The notes under the pieces were generated by a model. It did no database searches and was not told where the DNA came from. It was given only the letters and a program-made list of their open reading frames with translations. The translations under genes were made by a program, and so were the position numbers. This document shows positions 34,780 through 46,400 of a stretch of DNA of 64,000 bases, piece by piece (position 1 is the stretch's first letter; each line of letters opens with the position of its first letter). The stretch is from NCBI GenBank assembly GCA_965203295.1, contig CBDBCZ010000016.1, positions 768,001 to 832,000 of the forward strand, given 5' to 3'. Source of the stretch: Nitrospirales bacterium (GTDB lineage Bacteria; Nitrospirota; Nitrospiria; Nitrospirales; UBA8639).

Positions 34780-36166
34780 TCATAATGATAATGGTTGGCA
34801 TGAGGGACATTTAGTTTCACATAAATCACAACACAAACACAAAGATTTGACACCACAATCACTTGGTGGAGCTTTAAAATCGTTAAGAAGCAACTCTCTT
34901 CTGCACGTGTCCTTGTCTCTGCAATATTCTTTCATAGCGGTATCGTCAATCTGACCCAACTCCGTATTGGTATAGTATAGGGTTGCTACTGCCAATTGTC
35001 GATCGCGACCTGCTCTACCCGTTTCTTGTAGGTACAGTTCAATGTCGGTTGATGGTCCCCAGTGGATCACCCTTCTGATGTTGGGACAGTCCAACCCCAT
35101 GCCAAAAACTACTGTGGCAACTATTACTCGGAGGGTGCTGTTACAGTCAGGAAAAGACTGAAGAATGCCGTTCTTGACTGATGAGTGTGTGCATGCTGAA
35201 AACATGTCAATGAGACGACATTGCTGCAAGGCATAACGGGTACCAATTGGCTCCATCATCTCCCTCCCCAAGCGATCTGCCATGAACATGTACACACCAG
35301 AGCACTGGCTATAGGTACGACAAAAAACAATTGTTCGATCCGTGCTTGTTCTTTTCGTCGAAGTTCTTCAACTTAGGGTGCAAATGTTTCCTCTAGTGTG
35401 CCGGGATTACCCTTCACAACATACTCGATGTTTGGCTTGTTTGAAGACACAGCAACAGTAACTGGATGGACCATACCCAGAGTTTTTGACACGCTACATC
35501 GTGTGAACTTTGTGGCTGTAGCTGTTAGTGTCATGATTCTGACCGTCTCTGGGACCAAACCCCTGATGTCACAAAGATTGGCAAACTCCTTCCGAAATGA
35601 CTCTCCCCTGCGATGAGAAGAGTTTTGAACTGTCATAAAGTATAGTTCTGTCACTTTGACATGTACACTTACCATTTTTTAACACAATGTGCCTCGTCCA
35701 CCACTAATGCAACCAAGTTCTGCTGGTAAACTGGACTCTGTAACATATCTCTCCACGTCATATTAGTCAGCAGGGCCTCAGGACTCAGATACACCAGCTG
35801 GTACTTCCCATCGCACACCACGTTCTCGGTCTCACTATCAACATCTCCCACATAAATGGTACGCATGTTTCTTTCAGTCATCTGTTTCACCTGGTCCTTC
35901 ATGAGAGCCACAAGTGGGCTAACGACGATGACAATAGACTGTGTCTCAATCGACTTGCTCCCTCGAAAGATGTCAAAAACTTTCGGAAGCAAGCAGTAGC
36001 ACAGGGATTTTCCACTGCCAGTAGGCAAGCATACAAAGACGTCTTTCCCACCCAGGAAGTGTTTGACCCCGAGCGCCTGATTTGGCCTCAACTCAGCATA
36101 CCCCAGCTGCTCTGTACCTTCAGTAATCGCTTTGCACATGCGCTCGCTGGAATACTTATCAGCCAT
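34780..36166 (-). pseudogene. AcademH-A RecQ-like SF2 helicase (intron 35608-35672, frameshift near 35375)
   Basis: PTGSGKS, DEAH, LTATAT, ATVVFGMGLD, QETGRAGR, CRR...CCDLC. Confidence 0.9.
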
Positions 36167-36749
36167 CTCTCTCGCACCTCCACGTGATTTTACGTGGTAA
36201 TAATAGTTGTCACATGATCACTCCATTTTCATTGGCTCTGCCAACATTCCAGCAGCCGGAACGGAAACGTGGCGTAACCGTCCCGACTCACTTTCCCCTA
36301 ATGAAGTGAGGCGGGCGTGCGAGACTAACTGCAGGTAAGGCAAGAAGATCTGCCGTTATTTGTTTCCTGTACTATTAGACACTAGCTACTTTTTGCCTTC
36401 TATTGCATGCAGCTAGCTTTTTATGCACCAGTCTTATGTGACCTGTTCCTGTGCATGTTTGGTCATTTCTACTTGCTTTTCGTAGCTCAACATTGCCATT
36501 GATTCATTACTAGTCGAACAGCCTGGCTCGCGAAAATATAGCAGCTTCACCACGCCCAGGTCGTGGGTTCATGCATAATTGTTTTGTCGCTATTCTTGCG
36601 ACGGGCTGATTCGCAAAAATACCCGCACTTAGGCTATATAAATGCACCAGCAGCTATGGCTCACTCGCCATACTTTGTACTTGGGCAGTACTAAGCCTAG
36701 TTACTTGATTAGGCCTATGTAAACGATAAACAATAAGCTTACATGTATG

Positions 36750-36815
36750 TAGCCTCAAACCCAACGCCCAGATTTTATCTAAAATCTGGGCGTGTAAGGG
36801 CTGTGTTCGAGGCTA
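36750..36815. mobile_element. 66-bp Academ-type micro-MITE
   Basis: TAGCCTCAAA...TTCGAGGCTA; TSD ACATGTATG / ACATGTGTG. Confidence 0.75.
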
Positions 36816-37350
36816 ACATGTGTGCATGCACGAGCATATTTGCGGCTGCTAGTGTCTACGACTTGGTTACTGAACAGTGACAAATCATCTATAAAATCAA
36901 AAGCTTATGCAGTATCCTGAGTTAAATTTATTCTCAAGCCTACTTTGCCGAGTTCGCTATATGCGATTGTGCAGCAAAGCCTTCAAGGCCTAGAAATGAA
37001 GTAAAACTGGCTTAAACCGCAACACAGCGGCAACAGAATTCTCAAAATCCCATCCAAAAACTTGGAATCTTCCCGAAATCTCGCAAAATAAATGAAATCC
37101 TGAAATCTCGCGAAATCATGTCTGAAATCTTGAAATCTTGAATGAAATCCCGAAATCTGGAAATCCTGAATGAAATCCTGACGTTTTGAAATCTCGTACA
37201 CATTTCTGGTGCGCTACGGACCCCTCGGTGTCACAGAGTCGAGTGAGAGTCAGCGAGTTGCAGTTGCGTTGGAAAATTGTGTTACGCGTATTGCGTACGC
37301 TAAAAAATAGCGGGGCATTTGATTTTGGATGTGCATTGTAAACGACAGCA

Positions 37351-38339
37351 ATGTCGGCTGAACCAGACAGAAAAAGTGTTTACTCCGATGATCTTCGTTG
37401 GCGTATCGTATATCAACGCATCGGAATGCATTTATCATATGAAGAAATTGTGAACAACCTCAACATGGCTGTTAGCACGGCTTACCGCACAAATGCTCGT
37501 TTCGAGCAAACACTGAACGTTATTCCCGCTGCAGTGCAATCAAAAAGGTATGATCTGAGGACACCGGACGAGCGCAGTGAGCTCCATGTTATTGGTCTAG
37601 TTTTAGCAAACCCTTCGATGTATCTCAGTGAAATATGTCAGCATGTTTGTGATGAACTAGTCATCGAAGTAGCCCCACCCACTATTTGCCGCTTGCTCAG
37701 GTCCTACGGAATAACAAGAAAAAGGATCAAGAAAGTTGCACTGCAGAGGAGAGATACAGTTCGAGGTGCATTCCTGGCACAATGCCTTCTCTTTCCAGCA
37801 GAAACTTTCGTGTTTATGGATGAAAGTGGATCTGATGCCCGAGATCACATCCGTAAATACGCTTATGCACTTTGGGGCTTGCCTCCCATCTCGAAAGTAC
37901 TCATTTCTAGGGGTAAAAGAGTGAATGCAGTAACTGCGATTTCAACAACAAGATTAGTTGGACTGGAGCTCACCATGTCAACTGTGAATGCGGATAACTT
38001 TTTTGATTTTGCAAGAGGATGCCTTATTCCAAACATGATGCCATTCAATGGCACAAATCCACGCCGAATAGTGGTTATGGATAATTTATCTGTCCATCGC
38101 GTACCTGAAGTCCTTGAGCTGTTCAGGACTGCTGGAATTTTAGTACTGTTCCTACCACCTTATAGTCCAGATCTCAACCCAATAGAGGAAACGTTCAGTT
38201 ATGTGAAAAGTACATGCGCAAGCATGAAGAATTTCTCCAAGTCATCCCAAATCCAGTAGATATAATAAAGAGTGCATTTACAAGCTTAACAGGTGACAAA
38301 TGCAAGAAGTGGATAGCACACTCAGGATACAATTTATAA
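37351..38339 (+). pseudogene. DD34E transposase with a C-terminal frameshift
   Basis: YSDDLRWRIV HTH start, FMDESG, VMDNLSVH, YSPDLNPIE (34 residues between D and E). The likely true C-terminus ...KWIAHSGYNL* is in another frame after about 38210. Confidence 0.9.
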
Positions 38340-38558
38340 CTCAATGACATGACATACACTTGTATTATGCTCTCACTCATCATTTTGGAATGCATTGGAC
38401 AAAAATGCTATGCATGTATGCATGCATGCGTGCCTATACAATCATGTATGTACCACAGTATAGAATCACCGTAATAATAATACATGGCAGTTAGTATCTA
38501 TGGGCTACATAACCAAACAAATTATGTCGATTATAGCTATGTATAGAGTGCATGCAGA

Positions 38559-39650
38559 TTACAGAGTGTCTGTAAAAACGTCTTTATCTTTCTGGAGGTT
38601 TTCATACTGTTCCTTATCAATACCTCCAGTGTCAAGCAGGGCACTCAGATCCTTTAGCTGACGAATGCATTGTGTGCGGTTATTTATTCGCTTACTTGGA
38701 GAGCGCACAGTAGCGTGGCTTTCAATTGCGATCTCTTTCTCATGTACAGCTGGCCATTACTCTCACTCACTTTCTTAGGTTTTTTGAAGTAGGGTACTGA
38801 TGGCGGCTCATCAAGACTCTTATGTTTTCCCATATGAATCATGTGAGCCCATGTATTCATTTGTTCCACAGTATATTTGGACTGATGTTTCTCTGTCAGC
38901 TTCTTTACTAGTTCTTCAACATCTGACAATTTCTTTGCACACAAATCGGCCTTTGTACCCCCTGTTTTACTCTTCCGGGAAGGCACTTCTTCTCAGTCGC
39001 CTGGGATAGGAGAGGATCGCTTCCTAGTATTTCCTTGCGTCTCTGGTGAGTTTCATACATTTGCTTGAGGTCACCATCAGTATCCAACCACTGCTGTTTC
39101 CCCTTCACACCATGACCAGGCTCTACGTAGCCAATGCGGTCCGTTGGCACATGGAGCTCATCAGAAAGACATTTCTGCAACTCGTTCATTGTCTCAAACT
39201 GAGAGCCAGTTTTAAGTTTTTTCACATAACAATTAGATTTCTTGGATGGGTTAACAACCTTTACAGAATAGACATACTTCGGCACACACTTGGCTGCAGT
39301 AGTTGCACGCTCACACTGCAGATAGAAAGCACACAAGATCAGTATTGTATGACGTCATACTAATCGCTTATTTATAATTAATTACCTGTACTTCTGTAGT
39401 CTCAATATCAGAGTCTATCAGTACAGCTGAGCTCGAGGAACCAGTTTGAGTCGGAAAACCAGTCCCGGGGTGAAAGCCAGAGTCCAGGTAATATCTGGCA
39501 GTGAGCCACACTCCCATGGCCTCAGGTCCATCCAGCCAGGATTTACCCAAGGGCCACATGCACCTTGGTTGCCACTAGTCTCACTGGCTCGCGTAACTAG
39601 GTTACCACCTGCAATATCACCATCAAAAGGCTCCTTTTCCATTTCCATCA
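38559..39650 (-). pseudogene. Accessory gene of the Tc1-like element, unknown function, disrupted
   Basis: Intron 39316-39385 (GT-AG). Peptides YSVKVVNP...IGYVEPGHGVKGKQQWL, WAHMIHMGKHKSLDEPP, and C-terminal QLKDLSALLDTGGIDKEQYENLQ (SHOCT-like). Frameshifts present. Confidence 0.6.
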
Positions 39651-40316
39651 CGAGGAACACAAACACTCGTTCCTAGATCGAACGGCCAGCGCAGAAACCG
39701 CCAAAAGTGGCACTGCACTCGATTGGCCCGCGGAATTGTGTGGAAGTTAAGATCGCGTACGCAATAATTTTTCCAACGCAACTGCAATACGCTGTACTAT
39801 TGACCGAGGAAAGTAATTTTCCGGAGGGAAGCCGAGGCTTTGTCGGAGACCTTCCGTGGAAAATTACTTTTCAAGCTCAGGTTGGGGTAGTTCGGAGGAT
39901 AGCTGTCTCGCATAATTTGGCAGCATGCATGTTCAGAGGCAGCCACTTGAAGCAGATTGAAGAGTCTTTGGGTTTTGTATCACTTGGAGTGTCCCTGGAG
40001 TCGCTGCAAACACTGGGCTGTGTATACCACTCTCCATGCTAAATATTGTGAGCTTGGCAATGGCTGAACGAATTCATATGCGTTGCTGCGCAATCGGATT
40101 GCTATAGGCACGTGCTCTAACCCTAACCTACATTACAGTCCTCATATCAGCGATTTAATTGGCTTGTACGTTACCACTATAATCTAATAAAGATCAGAAT
40201 GCTCTGCCACATCTGTTCCATTAATGATTGCCGTAACAAATCCCAGTGTATAACATGTTCTTCTGTTTTATGCATTGCTTCTCCATGACATATAGTTATG
40301 TGCAGCAACAGTAGTA

Positions 40317-41929
40317 ATGGCTCAAGGAAACCAACCGCAGAAAAGGGATCTTGCAGCCAAGGCATTCATGAGAACCTATGCTGCTCTTCATAATGCTATT
40401 GCGCAACCTGATGTGCCTAATTGGTTTGCTGTACAACTCTACAGTGACACGATAATCACACGAGAAACCAGAGATGCAGTCCAAACTTCTCCAACTCCTA
40501 TACAGCAAGCAAGTTTGCTTCTCCAAGGTGTTGAATCTTCCATAAAAACTGATTACACCAGGCTGTGGACGGTAACAAAATTGTTGAAGAAACAACCTGT
40601 CCTGAAGCCTATTGCCAAAAAACTGCTTCAGCGGTATCGTAAGTTTGTTAATGTTCTATGTGCTATTATTTCTTTTTCTGATGTGGTAGCCTATATACTG
40701 TAAGGAATACAAATGCACTGTGTAAGACACTGAGGCATGTAATTGAAGAACTTGCTGTATGATTCTGTAAGTTCACGCCATGTTTTTTGTTACTAAGTTA
40801 ATCGAATTAATCTAAAAATGTCAGCAGACGGCCACAGCTGGTTGTGTTACCCTGCTTGTGCATGCACGCAGGGTAATTATTGGAATAGTGAATTGGAGCA
40901 AATCTTTGAATTGTGATTCCGTGTTGAGCTTTCGTACACTCAGTCAAAGTTGAGGCTGTACACATTCTGTATTGAGAATCTTGATGGTTTGATTCAATGG
41001 CGTGTAGCTACGTACAACACAATATCAAGTATGTTTTCTCCCCAGAATGTAGGAGGCTCCCCAGCCCCACCCCTCCTAGGAATGCGGCCTAATGTTTGAA
41101 TTGCTGTACTCTGTACAAGGAAGGATTATATCAACCGTGATTGGGTGCTTTAGGTGTAGTTTTGCAAGCTAATATGGTATAAGCCTGTATGCCCTAATAC
41201 TGAAGGTATATGCATGAGGCTATCTGCATCCTTAATTTGTTATTCAAGTGGAAACCAGATTGCAATATTCATGTGTTATTGTATATCCATAGTTAATATT
41301 CATTGCTATTCATTGCTACTTAATGCTTGTACCAGAGAAGTGCAGACTCAATCAAGGGACTGTGCATGCTTAATGGCATGGCACTTGGGGCAATATTCAT
41401 GTGTCACGGGACTGGACTTGGGGCAATATTCTTGTGCTATTGTGTTGAATTCTGTATCTCTGGTGTATGATGTACATGTATTAGCCTCATTTCCAGTCTC
41501 TACTCCCCAATATTTTCCACACATAGGAAAGTGTATAAAAAAACTGTGGAGTAGAGACTGGGAATGTGGCTGTGCTAATATTATTGTGCAGCCTTGGGAA
41601 TATTATGTATAATATTATTGGATACTTATTAGCCTCGTGGCCTGGTTACGAGGCTAGATACTTATAAGGATGTAAGGTAAACCTTAACCCTCTATGTGAG
41701 CAATAGGGGTTCTAGTTAACTGAGACAAACCGACTTAGATTAAATTCACCCTGGATATTTTTGTGGTGTAGCAGCTGGTTTTAATGATAGTAGTTATAGT
41801 AGTTACCACTGTGTTGTAACCTTGTCCAAAATATGACTGTTTCTGTAGGTAAATTTGTCTCGGAGGCCAGACTCTCTACTGAAAGCTCGAGCTCTGGATC
41901 TGAAACTGACTCCACTGTACAATATCAAG
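40317..41929 (+). CDS. Host gene 5' exons (40317-40638, 41849-41929): N-terminal CARD-like death-fold domain
   Basis: About 107-aa helical exon FAVQLYSDTIITRETRDAV...QQASLLLQGVESSIKTD...LLKKQPVL with a phase-1 GT donor, then an 81-bp symmetric phase-1 exon. Confidence 0.6.
41483..41572. mobile_element. Degenerate Academ-type MITE
   Basis: TAGCCTCATTTCCAGTCTCTACTCC / GGAGTAGAGACTGGGAATGTGGCTG; no clear TSD. Confidence 0.6.
41630..41656. mobile_element. 27-bp Academ-type micro-element
   Basis: TAGCCTCGTGGCCTGGTTACGAGGCTA; perfect 9-bp TSD GATACTTAT (41621-41629 / 41657-41665). Confidence 0.85.
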
Positions 41930-42546
41930 GTACGAATCATCTTGGTAGATCAAGTATAGCTTGCATCCAGACTATAGTGATGCTATTATCAAGGAGGCAA
42001 GTTAGACTGAGCTGCGCATGTGCCCGTTTTGGCCAGAGTGCACATGGGGCGTAGTTCTAGCACCTAGTGAATGGCATTGATATGGCCCTCTTTCAAGGGA
42101 TAGTTTGTGTGAACCAACCACACAACTTTCCCTCATTGTCAAAAAGAATATACAGTAGTGTGACTACTGCAATGGTTTTACTGATCTACGAGTTGGTTAA
42201 ACCACAGCTATGAGGACTGCTTGGGAAATGAACGAGTGGCAATAATTCAATTAGAGCCCACTCAAGATCTCCCCCCTAGGTAGGGACACGTACATTATTC
42301 CTTAGAAATAATAGGTGCATGCATAAAAAAGAGAGAATAATTGGGGCGAGCATGTGTGAGCCTTCCCTTAGTGTAGATCTGTGCGTATACATGGTTGCAA
42401 ATGCGTTACCATACCTATTCCAACGGCATGCTCTCAAAACTGTATACAAAACACGTATGCAAAACATGTGCATGCAGTTCTATAACACAAATGCACTAGC
42501 GCACTAGCTAGCCTCGCTTCCAAGCCAGAAGGCCCTACATGAAGCC

Positions 42547-42915
42547 ATGGAGACTTCGCCCGGTCAGCTACTACGCTCAGTTACTGATGAAGTGAGAAAG
42601 GAGAGGCTTCAGAGATCAAGAGAACATGAGAGGGCCCAGGAGGGAGAATGACAGGACTAGACGCCATACTCAGACTGCTGAGCATACGGAGGCTAGGCTG
42701 CAGCACAACAGAGAGCGTCAGAGAGAGACAAAGTCTGTTGAAACTCTGGAGTAGTAGGAGCTAGGTTGCATCATGAGAGAGAGCACCGTAGAAAGAGCTA
42801 CAGGGAACACGGAGAGCACCAGTTCAAATAAAGATGCTGAAATTCCATGCACAAAATTTTACTGCACTGGAGTTTACATATGTTCAGAGGCATTTTCTGG
42901 TCTGCACCTTCGTGA
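42547..42915 (+). pseudogene. Probable Helitron Rep/helicase N-terminal remnant (STPR-like repeats)
   Basis: Broken frames read QTAEHTEARLQHNRERQRE, VETLE**..ARLHHERE, VQIKMLKFHA, CSEAFSGL. Confidence 0.45.
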
Positions 42916-43344
42916 TACTTAATGTACATTACCATGGCAACCACTTTTCCCCACACTTATAGCACTCACAGGAGGCCACATACAGGGATCATTGCTATAC
43001 CTATGTACATTAAATCAGTTTCACTGTACGCGAATTAATTTACCTCGAGCATTTCTGTCAGAATAGAACGTGCTGGATTTGCCGCGAGTATTTAGTAGAC
43101 AAAACAGCGACTCCCAGCTATGAAAAAGTATATGTGGTCTCTGTAATATTATAGACGCAAAAAGAAGCCATTAGCTACATCGAATTTCCAGCTTTTCTGA
43201 AATGGGACACGTAGACGGTAAGACGGTAAGTTTTGAGTGTACTAGCAAGCCTTAGTGTGGTAACTAGAAACTAGAAACTTTCTGTGATGCTTATATCCCC
43301 AGTTGTGAAGTAGAGTGGTTAGACAGATAGTCCATGCATCTAAC

Positions 43345-43396
43345 TAGTCTCGCGTAGCCAGACTCTCGAACGTGAGGGGCGAGGTACCTCAGACTA
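43345..43396. mobile_element. 52-bp Academ-type micro-MITE
   Basis: TAGTCTCG...CAGACTA; TSD GCATCTAAC / GCATCAAAC. Absent from the paralogous repeat copy near 21285. Confidence 0.75.
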
Positions 43397-43434
43397 GCAT
43401 CAAACGCGGCCACTGAAAGCCTTAGAATGTGATG

Positions 43435-46400
43435 TTACTTACTTTCTTTCTTGCCTCCTCTTCGGGAGAGTACTGCCAACTTGCGGGTGATTATTAAGGA
43501 CTGTTCAACAGGATATCTGCACTAGAGCTTTGAGTTCGGTGATAAAAGAGATAGCAAACTCTTGGAACTCTCTATCGTCTATCCAGGGTACGCCCAGCAG
43601 GGTTGAAGTGATTTCATCGGGCTCACGTGCCGGGTCGGGGACAACGACGTGCAACGCAAGGGGCATGGCTTGGAGCAGTTCTGCACGCCTTCCAGCGAGG
43701 GCAGGGCATGTAGCCAAAAAGTGGGTGGGGTCTTCATCCCCTTGATCACAGAGCCTGCAGGTGGAAGAACCGACCCTAAGCCCCCCTTTCCTCACCCGAA
43801 AACGGGCGGCGTCTATTTCCAGCCCATGGCAGCCAAGGAGCAGGCGTACTCTAAAATTATTCTTGGAGGTGAGGTGTAGTAGGTCCTTGCAATGTGTACT
43901 AGCCCAGAGGGGAGATGGGCTATCTGGTTGCCGGTCCATTTGAGTGAAGAGCTGAAGGTCTGATTTTTGCTCTGCTTCATCAAGTAGGGACATTTCTGCT
44001 CTTAACCGGATAACACCGGCCACTACCCTCTTCCAGACAGGCTTAGTTGGAACTCGCAGCAACATATCATTGGGGAAGGGGAGGTTAAGGGCATCTAGGG
44101 ATTCTAGCACGATGGGGAGCCAAGCTTTGGCATTTCCTGTTTGCAATTGTTTGACCAGAACCTGGTGAGGGAGGGCGTGCTCAGGAAGTGATATCACTGA
44201 ATGAATAAAAAGGAGCTTCTTGGCGGCTATTGTGTCAGCGATTGTCTGGGAACCCATTGCAGCAAGCAGGCCAGCGTTGGGGCAGCATACATGGAGACCT
44301 TGGATGGTACAAATAATCTTCCTGTGTGATCTTTCAAGCATTTCTAGTTCCGTTTTGGTAATGGCCCAGAGCTCACATCCATAGAGCATACGGGGAGACA
44401 AAAAGAATAGTAAAGCCGCATAGAGGTTATGGGGCGAATACACCCAAACCTAGACCCAGCTCTATTCAGTGCAAAAAAGGAAGACCCTGCTGTACTCATT
44501 TTGCGACTAGTTCTGTTGATGGTGGAGCGGCCAGAGAATCTAAGGACACCAGGGTGAGTATATTCTTCCACTATCTCCAGGGGATCACCGTTCAGCGACA
44601 GATGTACATTTAAGCTCTTGGGCTTGGCTGAACCAAAGGTCATGACTTTGGATTTGGATGCATTCAGCCTGTACCTCCATTTATTTGAGTACCTATACAC
44701 AATGTCTAACATCTTCTACAGTTCCACTGGTGAGGAGGCCACCAGGGCTAGGTCGTCGGCATAAGCTGGTGCCCCTCTCCCATTTTGGCCCCAAGGTTTG
44801 ACTGCTGCAGCTCTACTAGCAGATCATTGAGATAGATACTATACAAGAGGGGAATTAGTATAGCTCCCTACTTTACACCTTGATTGATAAAAAATGGTCT
44901 GGAGCATGTGCCCTTCCACAAGACTGAGCAAGATGATGATGAATACCACTTTCTCAACAGCCTCCAAGTGTGGTCCTTAATCCCCTCTGGAAAAGCTTGT
45001 TGAAAAGCCCATTGTGCCATACCGTATCAAAAGCTTTCCTCACGTCCAAGAGGGCGACGTAGGCTTTCCTTCCTTTCTCTCTGATGTGCTGAATGGCTTC
45101 TTGACAAACCATTGCTACCTACCCCTGGTTTAAAACCACCCTGAAGTGGGCTTAGCCGAGAAGCAACATCTGAGCGATCATGCAGCCTCTGTAAGATGAC
45201 TTTCTCCAGTAGCTTGCCTACATTAGATAGAAGAGGGATGCCTCGATAATTGGAGGGATTTGTTGGGTCTTTATCTGACGATTTGGGAATGGGTACGGTC
45301 AGACCATGTTGGAGTGAATTAGGGATGTATTCGTGGCTGATAATTAGGTTGAAAAGTACGGAGAGGTAGGAGTAGGTCACCATCCATATCGCAAGTGTTC
45401 TGGCTGTATTTTATCTAGTCCTGCAGCTTTCTGCAATGAGAAGCTTTTAATGGCTGCTGCGACCTTGGCCTTGGTAATGGACACAAGTAGTGTGTCCTCT
45501 TGCTCCCCAGAGGCTGTTTCCATAGCAGCTAAGTCTTTGCATAGTTGATCCTTGAACGGCGCGTCGAAGCCAGTCATCTCAGGGGTTCCCAGCGCTTCAA
45601 AGTGTTTTGCCCAGCCTTCAAGGATCTCTTCACCGGCATATTCCACTCCGTCTACAGTGATCTTCCTGGAGAGGTCGCAGTGGGTTCCCATGCGATGACG
45701 TAAGAGATTTAAAAGTTTAGAGGAGTCGCTGCACTAGAGATCGAGCTCTTTATAGAATGCCATGTCCTGTTCCTTTCATAGAGTTCTCAGAGCCTGACGA
45801 AAACTTTGCTTACTGCCCAGATAATCAGCCCTGGCCTGATGAGTTGGATCCATTGGGCGTCCTGCTTGCTTCCACCGGCGCCATGCAGCTTTGGATTTCC
45901 TATGTGCAGCGTTGATAGACTGATTCCAACCCGGTCGCTTGTGGCTCATAAACTGCTTTTTTGGGAGGTTTTCCTCAGCAGAGGTTCTCATGGCAGTGCA
46001 GAGATCCTCCAGGAACTGGTTAATAATCTGGGGGTCTTCTGTGCAAGCTTCTGTGGAAGGAGCATTGAATTCACTAAGTCTGGTATGCAGGGACTTGGTG
46101 TATCTTTCCTCGATCTCCTTAACCATGAGTTTTTTCCAGTTGAGATTAGCCTGCTTGGGTTGTTGGGAACATGGAGCGGTGTGAGGATGGGGACATTTAT
46201 CTCCACATACACAGGTAGGTGGTCAGAGGTATTACTGGGTTCAGCATCAGCTACATAGCAAGACTGGAAGTGAGGGAGGTACCGTTCAGCCCCCCGAAAA
46301 TGGTCTATCGTTGATTTGCAGCCATTATGGTCTCCCTCATATGTATGAGACGAGGGGGCAGTATTTAGGTGCAGATGGGCAGATGTATAGCCCCAGCTTT

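Larger units (their letters stand above)
10884..36327 (+). mobile_element. AcademH DNA transposon A (about 5.8 kb net), interrupted by AcademH-B
   Basis: About 70-bp TIR starting TAGTCTCGC(G/A)CGCCCGCCTCACTTCATTAGGGGAAAGTGAGTC; perfect 9-bp TSD ACTGCAGGT (10875-10883 / 36328-36336); transposase (+) and RecQ-like helicase (-) are convergent. Confidence 0.92.
10671..37227. mobile_element. Non-autonomous TIR element (about 1.1 kb net) enclosing the AcademH nest; superfamily unassigned
   Basis: TIR CGAGGGGTCCG / CGGACCCCTCG; 8-bp TSD GTGTCACA (10663-10670 / 37228-37235); GAAATC subterminal repeats at 10710-10765 and 37040-37195. Confidence 0.8.
37251..39794 (+). mobile_element. Tc1/IS630-like DD34E transposon with a second convergent gene (outer ends uncertain by about 15 bp)
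   Basis: TIR core CAGCG(AG/TA)TTGCAGTTGCGTTGGAAAA at both ends; TA follows the right end, but the left flank reads GT. Confidence 0.78.

Noticed and set aside
29364..36166. Host RecQ/WRN/BLM helicase genes
   Set aside because: Both lie inside TIR- and TSD-bounded AcademH elements opposite an Academ transposase.
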